Virus record (IMG/VR): IMGVR_UViG_3300048583_000100
Coordinates: 33,428 to 97,427 of that record
DNA length: 64,000 nucleotides
Direction: 5' to 3' (one strand)
From: a virus
The notes beneath the pieces are model-generated. The model worked only from the letters and a program-made list of their open reading frames with translations. It made no database searches and had not been told where the DNA came from. Numbering within the stretch: the stretch's first letter is position 1; each line of letters begins with the position of its first letter. Positions 19,748 to 29,840 of this stretch are shown here, in pieces. The position numbers and the translations under genes are program-made.

Positions 19748-19904
19748 GACTGCGACTCCTGCTCCAGTTCGCGCTGGTGAATCATGGCGGCCATCTTGAG
19801 GACGGTCTGCTCAGTGATGTAGAGCTCCTTGCCATTGGGAGCCTTGAGAAGGAAAGCGCCGCCGATGTCAGTGATCTTCAGCTGGTCGGGAACTCGTTCA
19901 GTGT

Positions 19905-20159
19905 TCATGCGACCTCCAACTTCAGGGGCGGCATCGCTGCAGCCTGGACATTCAGTGCGTGAGCGAGAGCATTGGCCCGCTCACGCTGCTTGTCTTGCGA
20001 GTACAGACCCACCGGGAATGCGGCGACCATGCGATCCTTCGGAACGGTGTCGCCGTCATGGTCACATCGACGAGCAACGGAGAACTCGACGGGTGCTCTG
20101 GCACTGCTCCAACCGGTGTAGCCAGTGCGAGTATACACGATGTACTCTTCCATGTTCAT
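19905..20159 (-). CDS. Hypothetical protein
   Basis: SD AAGGAG. Confidence 0.55.
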   Translation of the reverse strand: MNMEEYIVYTRTGYTGWSSARAPVEFSVARRCDHDGDTVPKDRMVAAFPVGLYSQDKQRERANALAHALNVQAAAMPPLKLEVA

Positions 20160-20182
20160 TGTCCGAACTCCTTGAGGTTGGG

Positions 20183-21157
20183 TCAGATGGCCGTCAGCAG
20201 GTATTCGGCTCGGCGCTTCCAGTCACCGCCTCGGGCAGAGACCTTGGTGACCGCGATGAGGGTGCGGAGGCTGAGCTCCTTGGCCTGGTCCTTGAGCTCC
20301 TCGAGGAAGGTCAGAGCTTCACGCTTCACCTTCGGCTCGTACTCGGGCAGGAAGTCGTCCTGCAGGATGATCGCTTCCATGCGCTCGATCTTCTGAGCAG
20401 TGTTCATGGAGAGGTCGACGCAGATGGCGCGGGACCGGACGGCCTGGTCGATCTTGAAGATGGGGAGGTTCGAGATGAAGATCACGCCGCCTTCGAACTG
20501 GAAGGAGCGGGGCAGATCGTCGTCACCGAAACCTTCGGCGTTCCAGGAGATGATGCGCTTGTCGTAGGAATCGAGGGCGCCCTTGAGAAGGTTCAGAGCA
20601 ACCGGATCGCGGAGGATCGAGTCACAGTCGTCGAAGACGATCGTGCGGTAGCGATTCTCGAAGAGGGTGCGGTAGAGACCCTTGGCCGTCGAGTAGCCCT
20701 TGACGACGCTGTAGAGATTGCGCTGCTTCGAGCGGGGCAGTTCCTCGCCGATGCCGGCGGATTCCATGAACTCCGACATGTCCTTCATGCCTGCGCTGCG
20801 GAGCGCCTTGTTCACGGTGTGGGTCTTGCCGAGGCCGCCTTCACCAGTCACGAGGAGGGAAGCACTCGTGCGATCAGCGACCATGTTCACGAAGTCGGTC
20901 AGGAAGTCGAAGCGTTCGTTGATGCCGAAGCGTTCGACCTTTTCGAGCTTTCCGGTGGAGACGTCGAGCTGAGTCTCGCCGACTTCCTTCACCTTGGTAA
21001 CGCCAGCATCTGCAGCTTTGCGGCACCGGCCGCTCGTGATCATGTTGATCACGTAGTCTTTGTTCGGAGAAGCTGCGAGGACCTTGCCTGCGTACATGGC
21101 GGTCCACTTGTTCGACCGCGTGTCCAGGGAGAGGAGGGCAACATTCGACATATTCAT
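20183..21157 (-). CDS. AAA+ ATPase (early; paralogue of the C-terminal domain of 26209..27696)
   Basis: Walker A GEGGLGKT, Walker B IVFDDCD, IFISNL, AVRSR arginine finger. Confidence 0.88.
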   Translation of the reverse strand: MNMSNVALLSLDTRSNKWTAMYAGKVLAASPNKDYVINMITSGRCRKAADAGVTKVKEVGETQLDVSTGKLEKVERFGINERFDFLTDFVNMVADRTSASLLVTGEGGLGKTHTVNKALRSAGMKDMSEFMESAGIGEELPRSKQRNLYSVVKGYSTAKGLYRTLFENRYRTIVFDDCDSILRDPVALNLLKGALDSYDKRIISWNAEGFGDDDLPRSFQFEGGVIFISNLPIFKIDQAVRSRAICVDLSMNTAQKIERMEAIILQDDFLPEYEPKVKREALTFLEELKDQAKELSLRTLIAVTKVSARGGDWKRRAEYLLTAI

Positions 21158-21197
21158 CGTGCTCCAGAAAGGAATTCGTTATTCAATCTACTGGACT

Positions 21198-21227
21198 ATT
21201 CTATCAAGTCCTGAGGAGAATGTACAC
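21198..21227 (-). promoter_or_regulatory. Early-type promoter GTGTAC-N18-TAGAAT
   Basis: Consensus match, immediately downstream of repeat array 2. Confidence 0.75.
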
Positions 21228-21247
21228 AGTTCCGGAGATTTATTTAA

Positions 21248-21403
21248 CCTATACGGATCAATCACTTAGGGACTGTCTCCGGAGATACCTATACGGATCA
21301 ATCACTTAGAGCCTGAAATCTTATTCCTTTACGGATCAATCACTTAGGGACTGTCTCCAGAAAAGGTAACGGAATCAATCACTTAGGGCATGATTGATTC
21401 CGT
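21248..21403 (-). repeat. Repeat array 2: 4 x ACGGATCAATCACTTAG plus one inverted partial copy
   Basis: ATCAATCACTTAG cores at 21257, 21297, 21335 and 21374; inverted TGATTGATTCCGT at 21391..21403. Confidence 0.95.
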
Positions 21404-21424
21404 CTATTCCTTATCTATAGGGGC

Positions 21425-21750
21425 TTACGGACTGACGGGTTTCGATTCCTCGAAATCGCGAACCACGGACTTGGCATCGAACTCAATGCTCTCAACCCGG
21501 ATCGTTCCCTCTTTAGCATAGCGAACCATTTTTCCGCTCTTGTCCCAGACGACCGTAAAGCGTGGGTCATTGTCAGTAGCGAACCAGCATCCCGTCTCCA
21601 CGGTCTTTGCGTCAGCAACCAAATCAGGAACATCTACGACCAGCTCGGCGTAGTATCCCTCTTGGCATTCGCCAACGGTGTCGTGAAGCCGAACTTCACC
21701 ACCCTGGGCTGCCTTTGACATAATTACTGCAGCGAGCATCAGGCTCAACA
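21425..21750 (-). CDS. Hypothetical exported protein
   Basis: Start MLSLMLAAVI after GAGGAG; signal-like N-terminus. Confidence 0.5.
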
Positions 21751-21764
21751 TTTTGAATCTCCTC

Positions 21765-22202
21765 TTATTTTTGGGGCGGTATGTATGCCAGTGGTTTGTC
21801 GTCGTACTCATCTCCGAGAGACGCATTTTCCCAGTGCACGCAGATTAGACCCTGTCGTTCAAGTGAAGCGGTCGCGACGAGCGACATGAATTTTGAAAGG
21901 TACCGATTCAGCTCCTCATGACTCGAGCAGACGCAGCCTTCGGCTCGCGTAAGCATCTCAGTCAGCAGGACCATCTGATAGGCAGCTTTATGCTTGTCCT
22001 CACTGCCTACATTGACAGTATTTACATAATCGCAGAGCTGGGCTAGATCAGCGTTTGACAGCATCTCGAAGAAGCCCTTCATCGTGATGTACTGCTGGTC
22101 CTTCAGCTTCAGAGCCAAAATGCGAGTCAGTGGCAGCAGGTCCTTGTTGGCAGCGATCTTGTCGTACTGTATGACGAGCCCTTTCGGGTAAACACGATCC
22201 AT
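21765..22202 (-). CDS. Hypothetical protein
   Basis: 145-aa ORF with SD AAGGAG. Confidence 0.65.
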   Translation of the reverse strand: MDRVYPKGLVIQYDKIAANKDLLPLTRILALKLKDQQYITMKGFFEMLSNADLAQLCDYVNTVNVGSEDKHKAAYQMVLLTEMLTRAEGCVCSSHEELNRYLSKFMSLVATASLERQGLICVHWENASLGDEYDDKPLAYIPPQK

Positions 22203-22212
22203 GAAAGCTCCT

Positions 22213-22521
22213 TTAGTTGTCGATTTCGAGGAACTGCTCCGCAGCTTCGAAAGTAAAGTGGCGCACGCGTCGTTCAGTCACCCTTTCATTTCCACCATTG
22301 AAGAACACGGTGCGTCGAACGGTACCACGAATCTTGCGGGCGGACCAGTCGACGCAAATCTTTTCCAGGGGACCAGCATGGTACATGATGCCGAAGCCTG
22401 TGGTGGCAGCAAGGTCTTCCTTCGTAGGATTGAAGATGTAACGTCGCTCTCCACCATCCAAGCAAAGCTCCAGATGCTGAACGACGGTGAATCGCGGACA
22501 AAGCGGCTCTTGGAACTTCAT
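22213..22521 (-). CDS. Hypothetical protein
   Basis: Packed ORF. Confidence 0.55.
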   Translation of the reverse strand: MKFQEPLCPRFTVVQHLELCLDGGERRYIFNPTKEDLAATTGFGIMYHAGPLEKICVDWSARKIRGTVRRTVFFNGGNERVTERRVRHFTFEAAEQFLEIDN

Positions 22522-22522
22522 C

Positions 22523-22747
22523 TTACACCTCGTACTCGCGGAACTTCATCCACCAGAACTTGTTGGTGTTGAAGAAGTCGATGGCTTCATGGTGCTGATT
22601 CTTGATCTTGATCAGCATCGTGCCCTTCGTCAGGGAGAATCGACGAGCATTGGACGCATGTATCGCTGCGGACTGCAGCGCCTCGTCTAGCGACTGAAGA
22701 CGCTGAATAAATTTGGTCGAAGAGAGCCAGCGCTGAAAAATGTTCAT
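22523..22747 (-). CDS. Hypothetical protein
   Basis: Packed ORF. Confidence 0.5.
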   Translation of the reverse strand: MNIFQRWLSSTKFIQRLQSLDEALQSAAIHASNARRFSLTKGTMLIKIKNQHHEAIDFFNTNKFWWMKFREYEV

Positions 22748-22955
22748 GCTTTATCTCCGCGTACCCACTTCAGCATCTTGCTGCTGTACGGCTTGATGGC
22801 TCGCTCGGCCCATTCATCGCCCAGCAGAATGATCTCAGCGAAATTCTTGAGCAACCACAGAATGCCCGCAAAGATCAACATGAGTAGTGCGACGGGCAGC
22901 AAAACCCACCAACGCCAGTTAAGGATGGTAAGCTGAAGAATGGATTTTTGGGTGC

Positions 22956-23198
22956 TCATGCGAAGATTTCCTCTTGGGCCAGTACACATTGACCGCACTC
23001 GACGATCGAGTCGTCTTCCTCGAAAGTAAAGGCGAGGTGACCGGGCAGATGCGGATGACCGACGATGCTGTACGTGGTGTTGATTCGAAGACCAGACTTG
23101 AACGGCTTCGGAGCCTTGCCACCAGTGCGACGCTTGACCACTCGCTTTCCGAGCATGTCGATGAGGGTGTCTACGTCGTACTGTTGAAGAGTGTCCAT
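22956..23198 (-). CDS. Hypothetical protein
   Basis: KPFKSGLRINT motif, seen in conserved small phage proteins. Confidence 0.6.
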   Translation of the reverse strand: MDTLQQYDVDTLIDMLGKRVVKRRTGGKAPKPFKSGLRINTTYSIVGHPHLPGHLAFTFEEDDSIVECGQCVLAQEEIFA

Positions 23199-23783
23199 GT
23201 CCTGCCTCAGTCGTCGTTATCGTTGGACCAGCGAGACGGCTTCTGACGCTTGCGGTCAGTCTCTTCAACGGGTGGCGCGTGCTTTTCGCGGCGCTTGTCT
23301 CGCAGCTCTTTGTCTTTCGACTTCTTGCTGCGGAACTCGTTGTAGTCTTCGTCATCGAAATCGCGGAAGCGGGTGCCCATTTTCTTGTCCTTGGTGCGGG
23401 TTGGTGTTACTCGGAAATTTGAATCCAGCCCCACTCAGTTGCTTTGGGGTCTGGGTTGCAGTTGAAGTCCTTGAACATCTTACGGGCCGTAGCTCGGTCC
23501 AATCCTTGGACTTCACGCCGAGGTTCACTTTCGAACTCAACGTAGAACGTATACTTGGCGGTGTGCATAGGTGGTGATCGCCATCTGCTTGTTGTGGGCA
23601 CGAGCGTAGCCAGGCATTGCCTTCTCGACCTTCTTGAAGTACTTGCGGTCGAAAACGTAACGCTGACCGTGGAAGGTATTGAACACGAACTCAGCGATGA
23701 AGGGAACGCCGAGTTCCTTCAGAACGGCCGGGACGTCGTAGCGCTTGGGAAGAGAGAAGCCGAATTCGTTCATCATGAGATAT

Positions 23784-24116
23784 TTACACCGAGTTGAGGG
23801 TGAACTGACCAGACTTGCGGAGAGCCGTTTCGGCGGCGTGGGCATCAGCCTTACCACGAACGAACTGCAGAATTTCTGGAACGAAGGCATCGGGACCGTG
23901 CTTGCGAATGGACTTGCAGAGGTTCCACTGCTTACCCTGGTTCTTGGCTCGACCGACGTGGCGGCTGAAGCGAGCTGCGAGGGTTTCCTTTCCGCTGCGA
24001 TCCACACAGACCGCGATGCCGACATACTGCTCGTCGGTCTTGATGTTCGTGATCACGTACACGATGTGCTTGCGGTCTGAACGACGCTTGCGCTTGGTAA
24101 GTTTGTTCTTGATCAT
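23784..24116 (-). CDS. Small GIY-YIG-like nuclease-domain protein
   Basis: HIVYVITNIKTDEQYVGI...RFSRH...SIRKHGPDAF...ET. Confidence 0.7.
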   Translation of the reverse strand: MIKNKLTKRKRRSDRKHIVYVITNIKTDEQYVGIAVCVDRSGKETLAARFSRHVGRAKNQGKQWNLCKSIRKHGPDAFVPEILQFVRGKADAHAAETALRKSGQFTLNSV

Positions 24117-24122
24117 GTGACT

Positions 24123-24151
24123 ATTCTATCACAACCTGAGCAAATGTACAC
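24123..24151 (-). promoter_or_regulatory. Early-type promoter GTGTAC-N17-TAGAAT
   Basis: Consensus match, immediately downstream of repeat array 3. Confidence 0.75.
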
Positions 24152-24172
24152 AGTCCCGTGAAAATAGTTTTG

Positions 24173-24303
24173 CTATACGGATCAATCACTTAGGGATCAT
24201 CAAACCGAAAGCCTTTAGAAATCAATCACTTAGATAGCGAAAATAGTTTTCGTATACGGATCAATCACTTAGGGACTTATCTATACGGATCAATCACTTA
24301 GGG
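24173..24303 (-). repeat. Repeat array 3: 4 x (TATACGG)ATCAATCACTTAG
   Basis: Cores at 24181, 24221, 24260 and 24289. Confidence 0.95.
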
Positions 24304-24318
24304 CAGTGCTATTCCTTA

Positions 24319-25341
24319 TTATAGCAGCTTGGCGATCTCGGCTGACTTAGCTCGTAGCATGTCCTGGGTCTCGGCTGCTTTCTGCTTGGCTCGGTCGGTC
24401 TGGGCCTTGTCAAATTTGCTGCTCTTGGCCAAGTCCTCATTCTTCTTGATGTACGTTTCGCGGACCTTGGAAAGGAAATCCTCTTGCGAAGAGATGTGCT
24501 TGAGCAGTCCCTTACTGTACATGTCGTTGAGTGCGAAGGATTCTCCAAGACCCTTGATTGCTGATGCGAGATCGGCAATCTTGATTTCGGATTTCGTAAT
24601 ACCCGGGTGCGCTGCTAGACCCTTGCTGATCTTGACCTTACCTTCTCCATCTCTTTCGTGGAAAGCTTTCAGGATATCAGTTGCGAAGGTGTCGATGCTT
24701 GTAGACAGGGTGCGAAGTTTGTCGGCCTTTAAGGTGCGGAAGCTCACCACTTCACCGCCCTTCTCTTTCATCTGTACACCCGAGTCGCCAATGCTGAGAT
24801 TGAGAACTTCTGCGAGTGATGAGTAAAGGAAGCCGATGAGTGCACCCTTGACACCGTGTTCAGGAGTCATGCGATGCGAAGTCCAATCTTCGAGGTCAGT
24901 GAATGACTTGACGAGATCGATCTGAACAGCCTGATCACCGACCTGGAATACAAGAGCCGCACCCTTGAAGGATGTGCCAGCAGCCAGATATGAAAGATCG
25001 TTGTCGTCTATGTACTCGTCAAGCTCTTCACGATAGAGACGCCAGTTGTCTGAGCCTTTCATTCCCTCAATACGAGGAACGATGAACATCACATCGATGT
25101 CACCGTACTCTTTGTCTGGGTTAGACTTGAGATCGCGTTCGATGTATGCAGAGGAACCGACTGGCTTACCAAATGCGACAGGCGCAAGGTTCTTCTTTGC
25201 AAGATGAGCATTGAAGTCCTTCTCGAATCTAGGAAGCAGTGCGAGTGCCTTCTTAGCAAGAGCCGGAGTCAGAATAACGTCTTGCGTAAGGGTGCTAGAC
25301 CAGCCACCCTCAGCTAGGAACTCTTTGAATGATCGCTTCAC
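24319..25341 (-). CDS. Pol-beta-superfamily nucleotidyltransferase with capsid-targeting-like N-terminus
   Basis: MKRSFKEFLAEGG; VGSS...YGDIDV...VQIDLV catalytic pattern. Confidence 0.75.
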   Translation of the reverse strand: MKRSFKEFLAEGGWSSTLTQDVILTPALAKKALALLPRFEKDFNAHLAKKNLAPVAFGKPVGSSAYIERDLKSNPDKEYGDIDVMFIVPRIEGMKGSDNWRLYREELDEYIDDNDLSYLAAGTSFKGAALVFQVGDQAVQIDLVKSFTDLEDWTSHRMTPEHGVKGALIGFLYSSLAEVLNLSIGDSGVQMKEKGGEVVSFRTLKADKLRTLSTSIDTFATDILKAFHERDGEGKVKISKGLAAHPGITKSEIKIADLASAIKGLGESFALNDMYSKGLLKHISSQEDFLSKVRETYIKKNEDLAKSSKFDKAQTDRAKQKAAETQDMLRAKSAEIAKLL

Positions 25342-26156
25342 GTTACATACCTAAAATTCGGAGAGCGAGAACCATTCCTGCCCGTACCTAAACTATTTAC
25401 GAGGTGCTTTACCGATTCGAAGATAGTGACACCGTCTACAGTGCAAGCCCTTTTGTTCTTTGACATATCCTTTGACTTGCGCATGTTCTGCTTTGCTTCT
25501 TCAGAATGCTTCTTACCAAGTCGGACCTGTCGAATTGATTCTTTGTGAGCCGTAGAAAATGTCGGTAAGACTTTCGACTTTCCTTTTGTGGCTTTTGAAA
25601 TATTGTGACGTGTTTCGGGAGTTCTGGTTTGTCCAGTGCCACCCTCAGAAATCTTCTTCTTGTGTTCTTCAGTTAGCACTTTACCCGTCAGCGCATTTCG
25701 AATTTTTTCACGAGCTTCAGGGGTATGCGTAGTCCAGGTTTTTGCTCTAGAAGCGGCTATCTTGTCGTACCACTCTTTTGTGCGAACATATTTCTTGGAC
25801 GCTGCTGAAAGCTTTGCACTTGTTTCTGCTTTTGTCGGTGGGCGATCATAGTAGCCTTCTCCACCGGGCCCACAATTCATGCAAGCGGGATCTTTTCTAA
25901 GCTCAACAGTAATGAGCTCTTTTTCTTTATCTGATGCTTCTTGTCGAGAAGAAAATTCGAATAGCACCTGAGATACATGCCTGTCTTTACCGTATTTTCT
26001 GATGGACTTTCTCAGTCGCATACCGCTGCCCAAATAACCATCATTCAAGTTATCAGTGCTGTGCATCCCGATATAAAAGGCACCTGTTTCAATGCAAACT
26101 GTCTTATAGACAATATGGTGCTTTCTATTTGACGCTCTAACGTACTTCTTTTCCAT
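25338..26156 (-). mobile_element. Free-standing GIY-YIG (Seg-like) homing endonuclease with NUMOD3-like repeats
   Basis: IVYKTVCIETGAFYIGMHST...YLGSG; HTPEAREKI, LTEEHKKKIS, HSEEAKQNM; AT-richer than flanks; own TATAAATA at 26183..26190. Confidence 0.88.
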
Positions 26157-26208
26157 TTGATACTCTCAAGGCTAGCTGAGAATATTTATAGAAATCGGCA
26201 AAATCAGG

Positions 26209-27696
26209 TCATGCATACAACTCCACGAGTTTTTCCCAATTTGGAGCTCCTGATGCAGCAAGGTTAAGAGCACGTACGAGCTTACGAAGGGATACGTCAC
26301 CCTTACGCTTAGAGGTCTTGACGACCTTCAGAACATTCTCACGCTCATCCTTCGAAAGGGTCATGTCGCCTTCGAGACGGATGTCATGCAGGATTCTTTC
26401 CATGTGCTCGAACATTTCGTCGTCGGTTGGATCGACGTTGATGACGAATGCACGGGTACGAAGAGCTCCGTCTGGGTCAAGCTTCGAAAGCGGAAGGTTC
26501 GAGATGAAGATGATGCGACCCTTAAAGTCGAAGTACTTAGGAGCCATGGTGGCATCGTCTTCGTACTGCTCTGGGTCTTCACTCTCTGGGTCGAAGATGA
26601 ACGAGGAGCGCTTGTTCCAAACCATTTTACGGCTCTTCTTAGTGTCGGTGGCAGCCTTGATGAGGTTGCGAGCGTCGACGTCAGCAAGAGCTCCGTCCGA
26701 GTCATCGAACAGAATGATGTCGTTGCGGTGGTGATAGAGCAGCGTGTAGACACCTGCAGCAGAAGCCGAACCGGTGTTCTTGAAGTAGCCATCGCCGTCA
26801 GTAAGACCATTAGCCTCGAGCACACGCTCAACAGTCTGAGTCTTACCAGTACCACCCTTACCAGCTACGAAGAGAGCGTTAAACGATCCCTTGATGACAG
26901 CTTGGACAAGACCCGCAAGGTGATCTAGGGTCTCGAGATATGGAGTGCGCTCGGCACCAGCCTTATCCTTACCTTCGATCTCCTCTTCCTGAGAAGACTT
27001 GAAGTAGGTTTCCTTTGTGCCACCAGCAGTCACCTCGACAACGCCAGCCTTAGAAAGGATAGAGTCCTTGAGTGACTCGATCTTTGCATCAGGGTCCAGC
27101 GTGACTCGCTTACCGTTGATGCCGAACTGTTCCTTGAACTTGTCGTAGATGGTATCGAAGACACCGGCATGGACGATGTGGTAACGACCGATGAAGTCAG
27201 AACGAGTCATCGACTTGCCGCTCTTCAGCTGGCCGAGGAAGTCAACGAGTGCAGTTTCAGCTGTAAAGTCGTCGCGCTTTGCTTCAGTGACGATCGACTC
27301 ATTCATGGCCTCTGTAGCAGAGACTGGGAATGCGAACTCCTTACCAACAGATGGGTTCTCAAGCTTCGAAACTACGAGTGGTAGAATCTGTACGAGGGAG
27401 ACGCCCTTAGAACGAATGGAGTAGTTTGGATCGTGCGACTTACCGGTGAAAATGTCGATCGATGCAAGCGAACCTGGTTTTCCGACTGCACCTTCGCTCG
27501 CCCAATTGAATCGAACGCAGCGAGTTGAACCCGACTGAACGTAGCGAACACCGTAGCCGCTACCTTCAGAGTTCTTGAAGTGTTCGATGCCTGGGATTCG
27601 GATGAACTTGACACCCAACTTCTTCTCAATGTACGAGATCATGGTTGGAAGAGCTAGACCGGTGGCCTTAGCTTCGTGCAGCTGACTTAGTTTCAT
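26209..27696 (-). CDS. Late protein: N-terminal domain plus AAA+ ATPase; MKLSQLHEA N-terminus
   Basis: GKGGTGKT, ILFDDSD, IFISNL, ALRTR; ATAAATA at 27732..27738. Confidence 0.85.
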   Translation of the reverse strand: MKLSQLHEAKATGLALPTMISYIEKKLGVKFIRIPGIEHFKNSEGSGYGVRYVQSGSTRCVRFNWASEGAVGKPGSLASIDIFTGKSHDPNYSIRSKGVSLVQILPLVVSKLENPSVGKEFAFPVSATEAMNESIVTEAKRDDFTAETALVDFLGQLKSGKSMTRSDFIGRYHIVHAGVFDTIYDKFKEQFGINGKRVTLDPDAKIESLKDSILSKAGVVEVTAGGTKETYFKSSQEEEIEGKDKAGAERTPYLETLDHLAGLVQAVIKGSFNALFVAGKGGTGKTQTVERVLEANGLTDGDGYFKNTGSASAAGVYTLLYHHRNDIILFDDSDGALADVDARNLIKAATDTKKSRKMVWNKRSSFIFDPESEDPEQYEDDATMAPKYFDFKGRIIFISNLPLSKLDPDGALRTRAFVINVDPTDDEMFEHMERILHDIRLEGDMTLSKDERENVLKVVKTSKRKGDVSLRKLVRALNLAASGAPNWEKLVELYA

Positions 27697-27751
27697 TTGG
27701 GAGCCTAGTTAAAGTGGTGAATACTCGAGTCTATTTATCGTTCCACCAACA

Positions 27752-27780
27752 GAAAAGGGAGCCGAAGCTCCCTTTTCTTT
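27752..27780. terminator. Rho-independent terminator (bidirectional-type)
   Basis: GAAAAGGGAGC-CGAA-GCTCCCTTTTC. Confidence 0.8.
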
Positions 27781-27796
27781 CTTGCTGCTTCCTGGC

Positions 27797-28096
27797 TTAA
27801 GCAGCGCGACGCTTCTCAAAGAGCTCTGCGACGGCGTTCAGGCCTTCACGGTACGTCTGGTTAGGGGTTTCACCCTCAACGCGACGAGCAACGAATTCGT
27901 TGCTGAGCACTGCACCCGTAGCAGTCACTGCGTAGGTAGGAGTGATGGTCTTGCGACCTGCGCGAATCTTGCCTGCGAAGGCGAGGGTGCCGTTCGAAAG
28001 CTGACGATCAGTCGAAACCATCTTGAGGCCCGAGTTGATGAGGTTCTGGAACTGCTTGCTGCGCTGAACTGCTGCGAGGGTCTTGGCGATTGACAT
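27797..28096 (-). CDS. Hypothetical protein
   Basis: Start MSIAK after AGGAG. Confidence 0.65.
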   Translation of the reverse strand: MSIAKTLAAVQRSKQFQNLINSGLKMVSTDRQLSNGTLAFAGKIRAGRKTITPTYAVTATGAVLSNEFVARRVEGETPNQTYREGLNAVAELFEKRRAA

Positions 28097-28172
28097 TGGT
28101 GATTCTCCTATGGTCTTATACATCAAAATTCAGGAAGACGGTGCTTCCCGTCTGAGACATCGTTGCCTCAAA

Positions 28173-28673
28173 TTAGTTTTCGCTTTCCTTGAAGGTCAGC
28201 TGTGGACAAATCTTTTCATGCTTGGCCTTGAACCATTCTGTGATGATGTTCGGTTCTTTCTTTGGCTTCTCGCCGTACCGATACATGTCCCATGCTTCTA
28301 TGCCATGTTCGGCAATGTACTTGTCCCTGAATCGCTGCTGTAGCTTTTCTTTAGCGGCAAAGTAACCCGCGCACACAGCAAGGATAGCCACCGCTGCGGT
28401 AACACTAGTTGGGATGATGACCCAAAGAGCAAGACCAGGCATACCCGCTTGTCCAATATGGAACATCGCATCAAACCCAAGTGTCCACCAAATCGCAGCG
28501 GCCAAGATAAGACCTGTGGTGTAAAAGGCTAGTGCCATAAACAGCGCTACAAATTTGAATAGTCCCCAGATAATCTGGCGAACGTAGGGGCAGAGATTCG
28601 TGCTGACATCATGTCGGTTAATGCCGAATTTAGCAAATCGATAGTGCCACGACTTGGTCGATAGCGTAATCAT
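28173..28673 (-). CDS. Predicted membrane protein
   Basis: Two to three hydrophobic segments. Confidence 0.65.
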   Translation of the reverse strand: MITLSTKSWHYRFAKFGINRHDVSTNLCPYVRQIIWGLFKFVALFMALAFYTTGLILAAAIWWTLGFDAMFHIGQAGMPGLALWVIIPTSVTAAVAILAVCAGYFAAKEKLQQRFRDKYIAEHGIEAWDMYRYGEKPKKEPNIITEWFKAKHEKICPQLTFKESEN

Positions 28674-29134
28674 CAGAGCTTCCTAAGTAGCCCAATGTTG
28701 TCAAGGTGAGATGGTGCTGTCCAGCCTTCCGGCTTGATGAGGTCTGGGAGACCGAGTGGGTTAGGACGCGAAGCCTTGATACCCGGTTCCTTCTGCATGT
28801 TGGCATCCAGTACGCGAGTCCAAGCCTTGTGGGCGTCTACCTTGAATGCATCGAGAGTACCGATGGCAACAACACAGAGGTCAATCATTGCATCGACGAT
28901 TTCGTCTGCGTATTCGATCTTGGCATTTTCCTGGAGAGCACCTTCATCAGCCTCGAGCGCTTCGAAAGCAGAGCGAGCTTCGTTCAGTTCTTCCTGAAGG
29001 AAGTCGAGACGGAATTTTAGGAAGGTGAGCAACTTGTCGCGCGGTAGGGTTTCGATTACTTCGCGCACCTTGAACTTGGTGTGCATGGTGTGGATGTCGT
29101 TGTCCCAATGGGACTTGTTCACTTCAAGATTCAT
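28673..29134 (-). CDS. MazG-like / all-alpha NTP pyrophosphohydrolase (candidate dCTPase)
   Basis: FLQEELNE, EIVDAMIDLCVVAIG, DANMQK, KPEGW. Confidence 0.85.
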   Translation of the reverse strand: MNLEVNKSHWDNDIHTMHTKFKVREVIETLPRDKLLTFLKFRLDFLQEELNEARSAFEALEADEGALQENAKIEYADEIVDAMIDLCVVAIGTLDAFKVDAHKAWTRVLDANMQKEPGIKASRPNPLGLPDLIKPEGWTAPSHLDNIGLLRKL

Positions 29135-29186
29135 TATGGTCTCTGATTGGTTGATGTTGCTACGGTAGTATTTACGCTTGGAAGAA

Positions 29187-29840
29187 TCACGAATGGTTCA
29201 GTTGTGAATCACGGGCTAGCTTGCCAACTGCTTCCATGATCAGGAAGACGTTGCGTTCGGGATGATCAGTACCGTCGAGCACCAGGTTCCAATTGTGAAG
29301 AGTCTTCCAATCGCGTTCGGTGGTCAGCATTGTGATCAGGCGTGTCACGTGGGTGTTCATGGCCTTGAGCAAGTCTTCTTCATTCAGAGGCCCAACTCGG
29401 TCGCAAATAACCATGACATCGTCCGTCAGCCTCTTACGCATCCTCTGAATGCGAAGCTCTTCAGGCGCATCGACGTAACAGTTCAGATGCAGCGCACCAA
29501 CTTCAAGAGCAGGTGCTACGTAGTGATTGATGCCGCTTGGTTCGACGATCAAGAATGCAACGCCTTTTGCGAGCTTACCATGGAACTCTTCTTTGGAAAC
29601 GCCGTAGCGATAACCATTGTAGGTCATGAGCTCAGCGAATCCATCGCGAGCTTCGATTGCGCGAGACTCTTCTTCTGTGATGAAGAAGTAATCGACACCT
29701 TCTACTTCGCCTTTACGGGCTGGGCGAGTCGTAGTTGAGATGAGGCAAGGTAGACGCTCAATATCTCTGATGTGGTTCAGTAGATAGCTCTTTCCCGAAT
29801 TGGACGGAGCTGTAAGTGTTACGAGGATTGGCTTAGCCAT
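29187..29840 (-). CDS. Guanylate-kinase-like NMP kinase
   Basis: APSNSGKS P-loop; STTTRPARKGEVEGVDYFF; YNGYRYG. Confidence 0.88.
   Translation of the reverse strand: MAKPILVTLTAPSNSGKSYLLNHIRDIERLPCLISTTTRPARKGEVEGVDYFFITEEESRAIEARDGFAELMTYNGYRYGVSKEEFHGKLAKGVAFLIVEPSGINHYVAPALEVGALHLNCYVDAPEELRIQRMRKRLTDDVMVICDRVGPLNEEDLLKAMNTHVTRLITMLTTERDWKTLHNWNLVLDGTDHPERNVFLIMEAVGKLARDSQLNHS

Noticed and set aside
17757-24303. Repeat arrays as mini-CRISPR arrays
   Set aside because: Intervening sequences are only about 7-25 nt and partly repeated (CTTTCTGGAG; GACTGTCTCC), the repeat is not palindromic, and no cas genes are present.
25338-26156. Group I intron housing the GIY-YIG endonuclease
   Set aside because: Both flanking genes appear complete and unrelated, so the endonuclease is free-standing.
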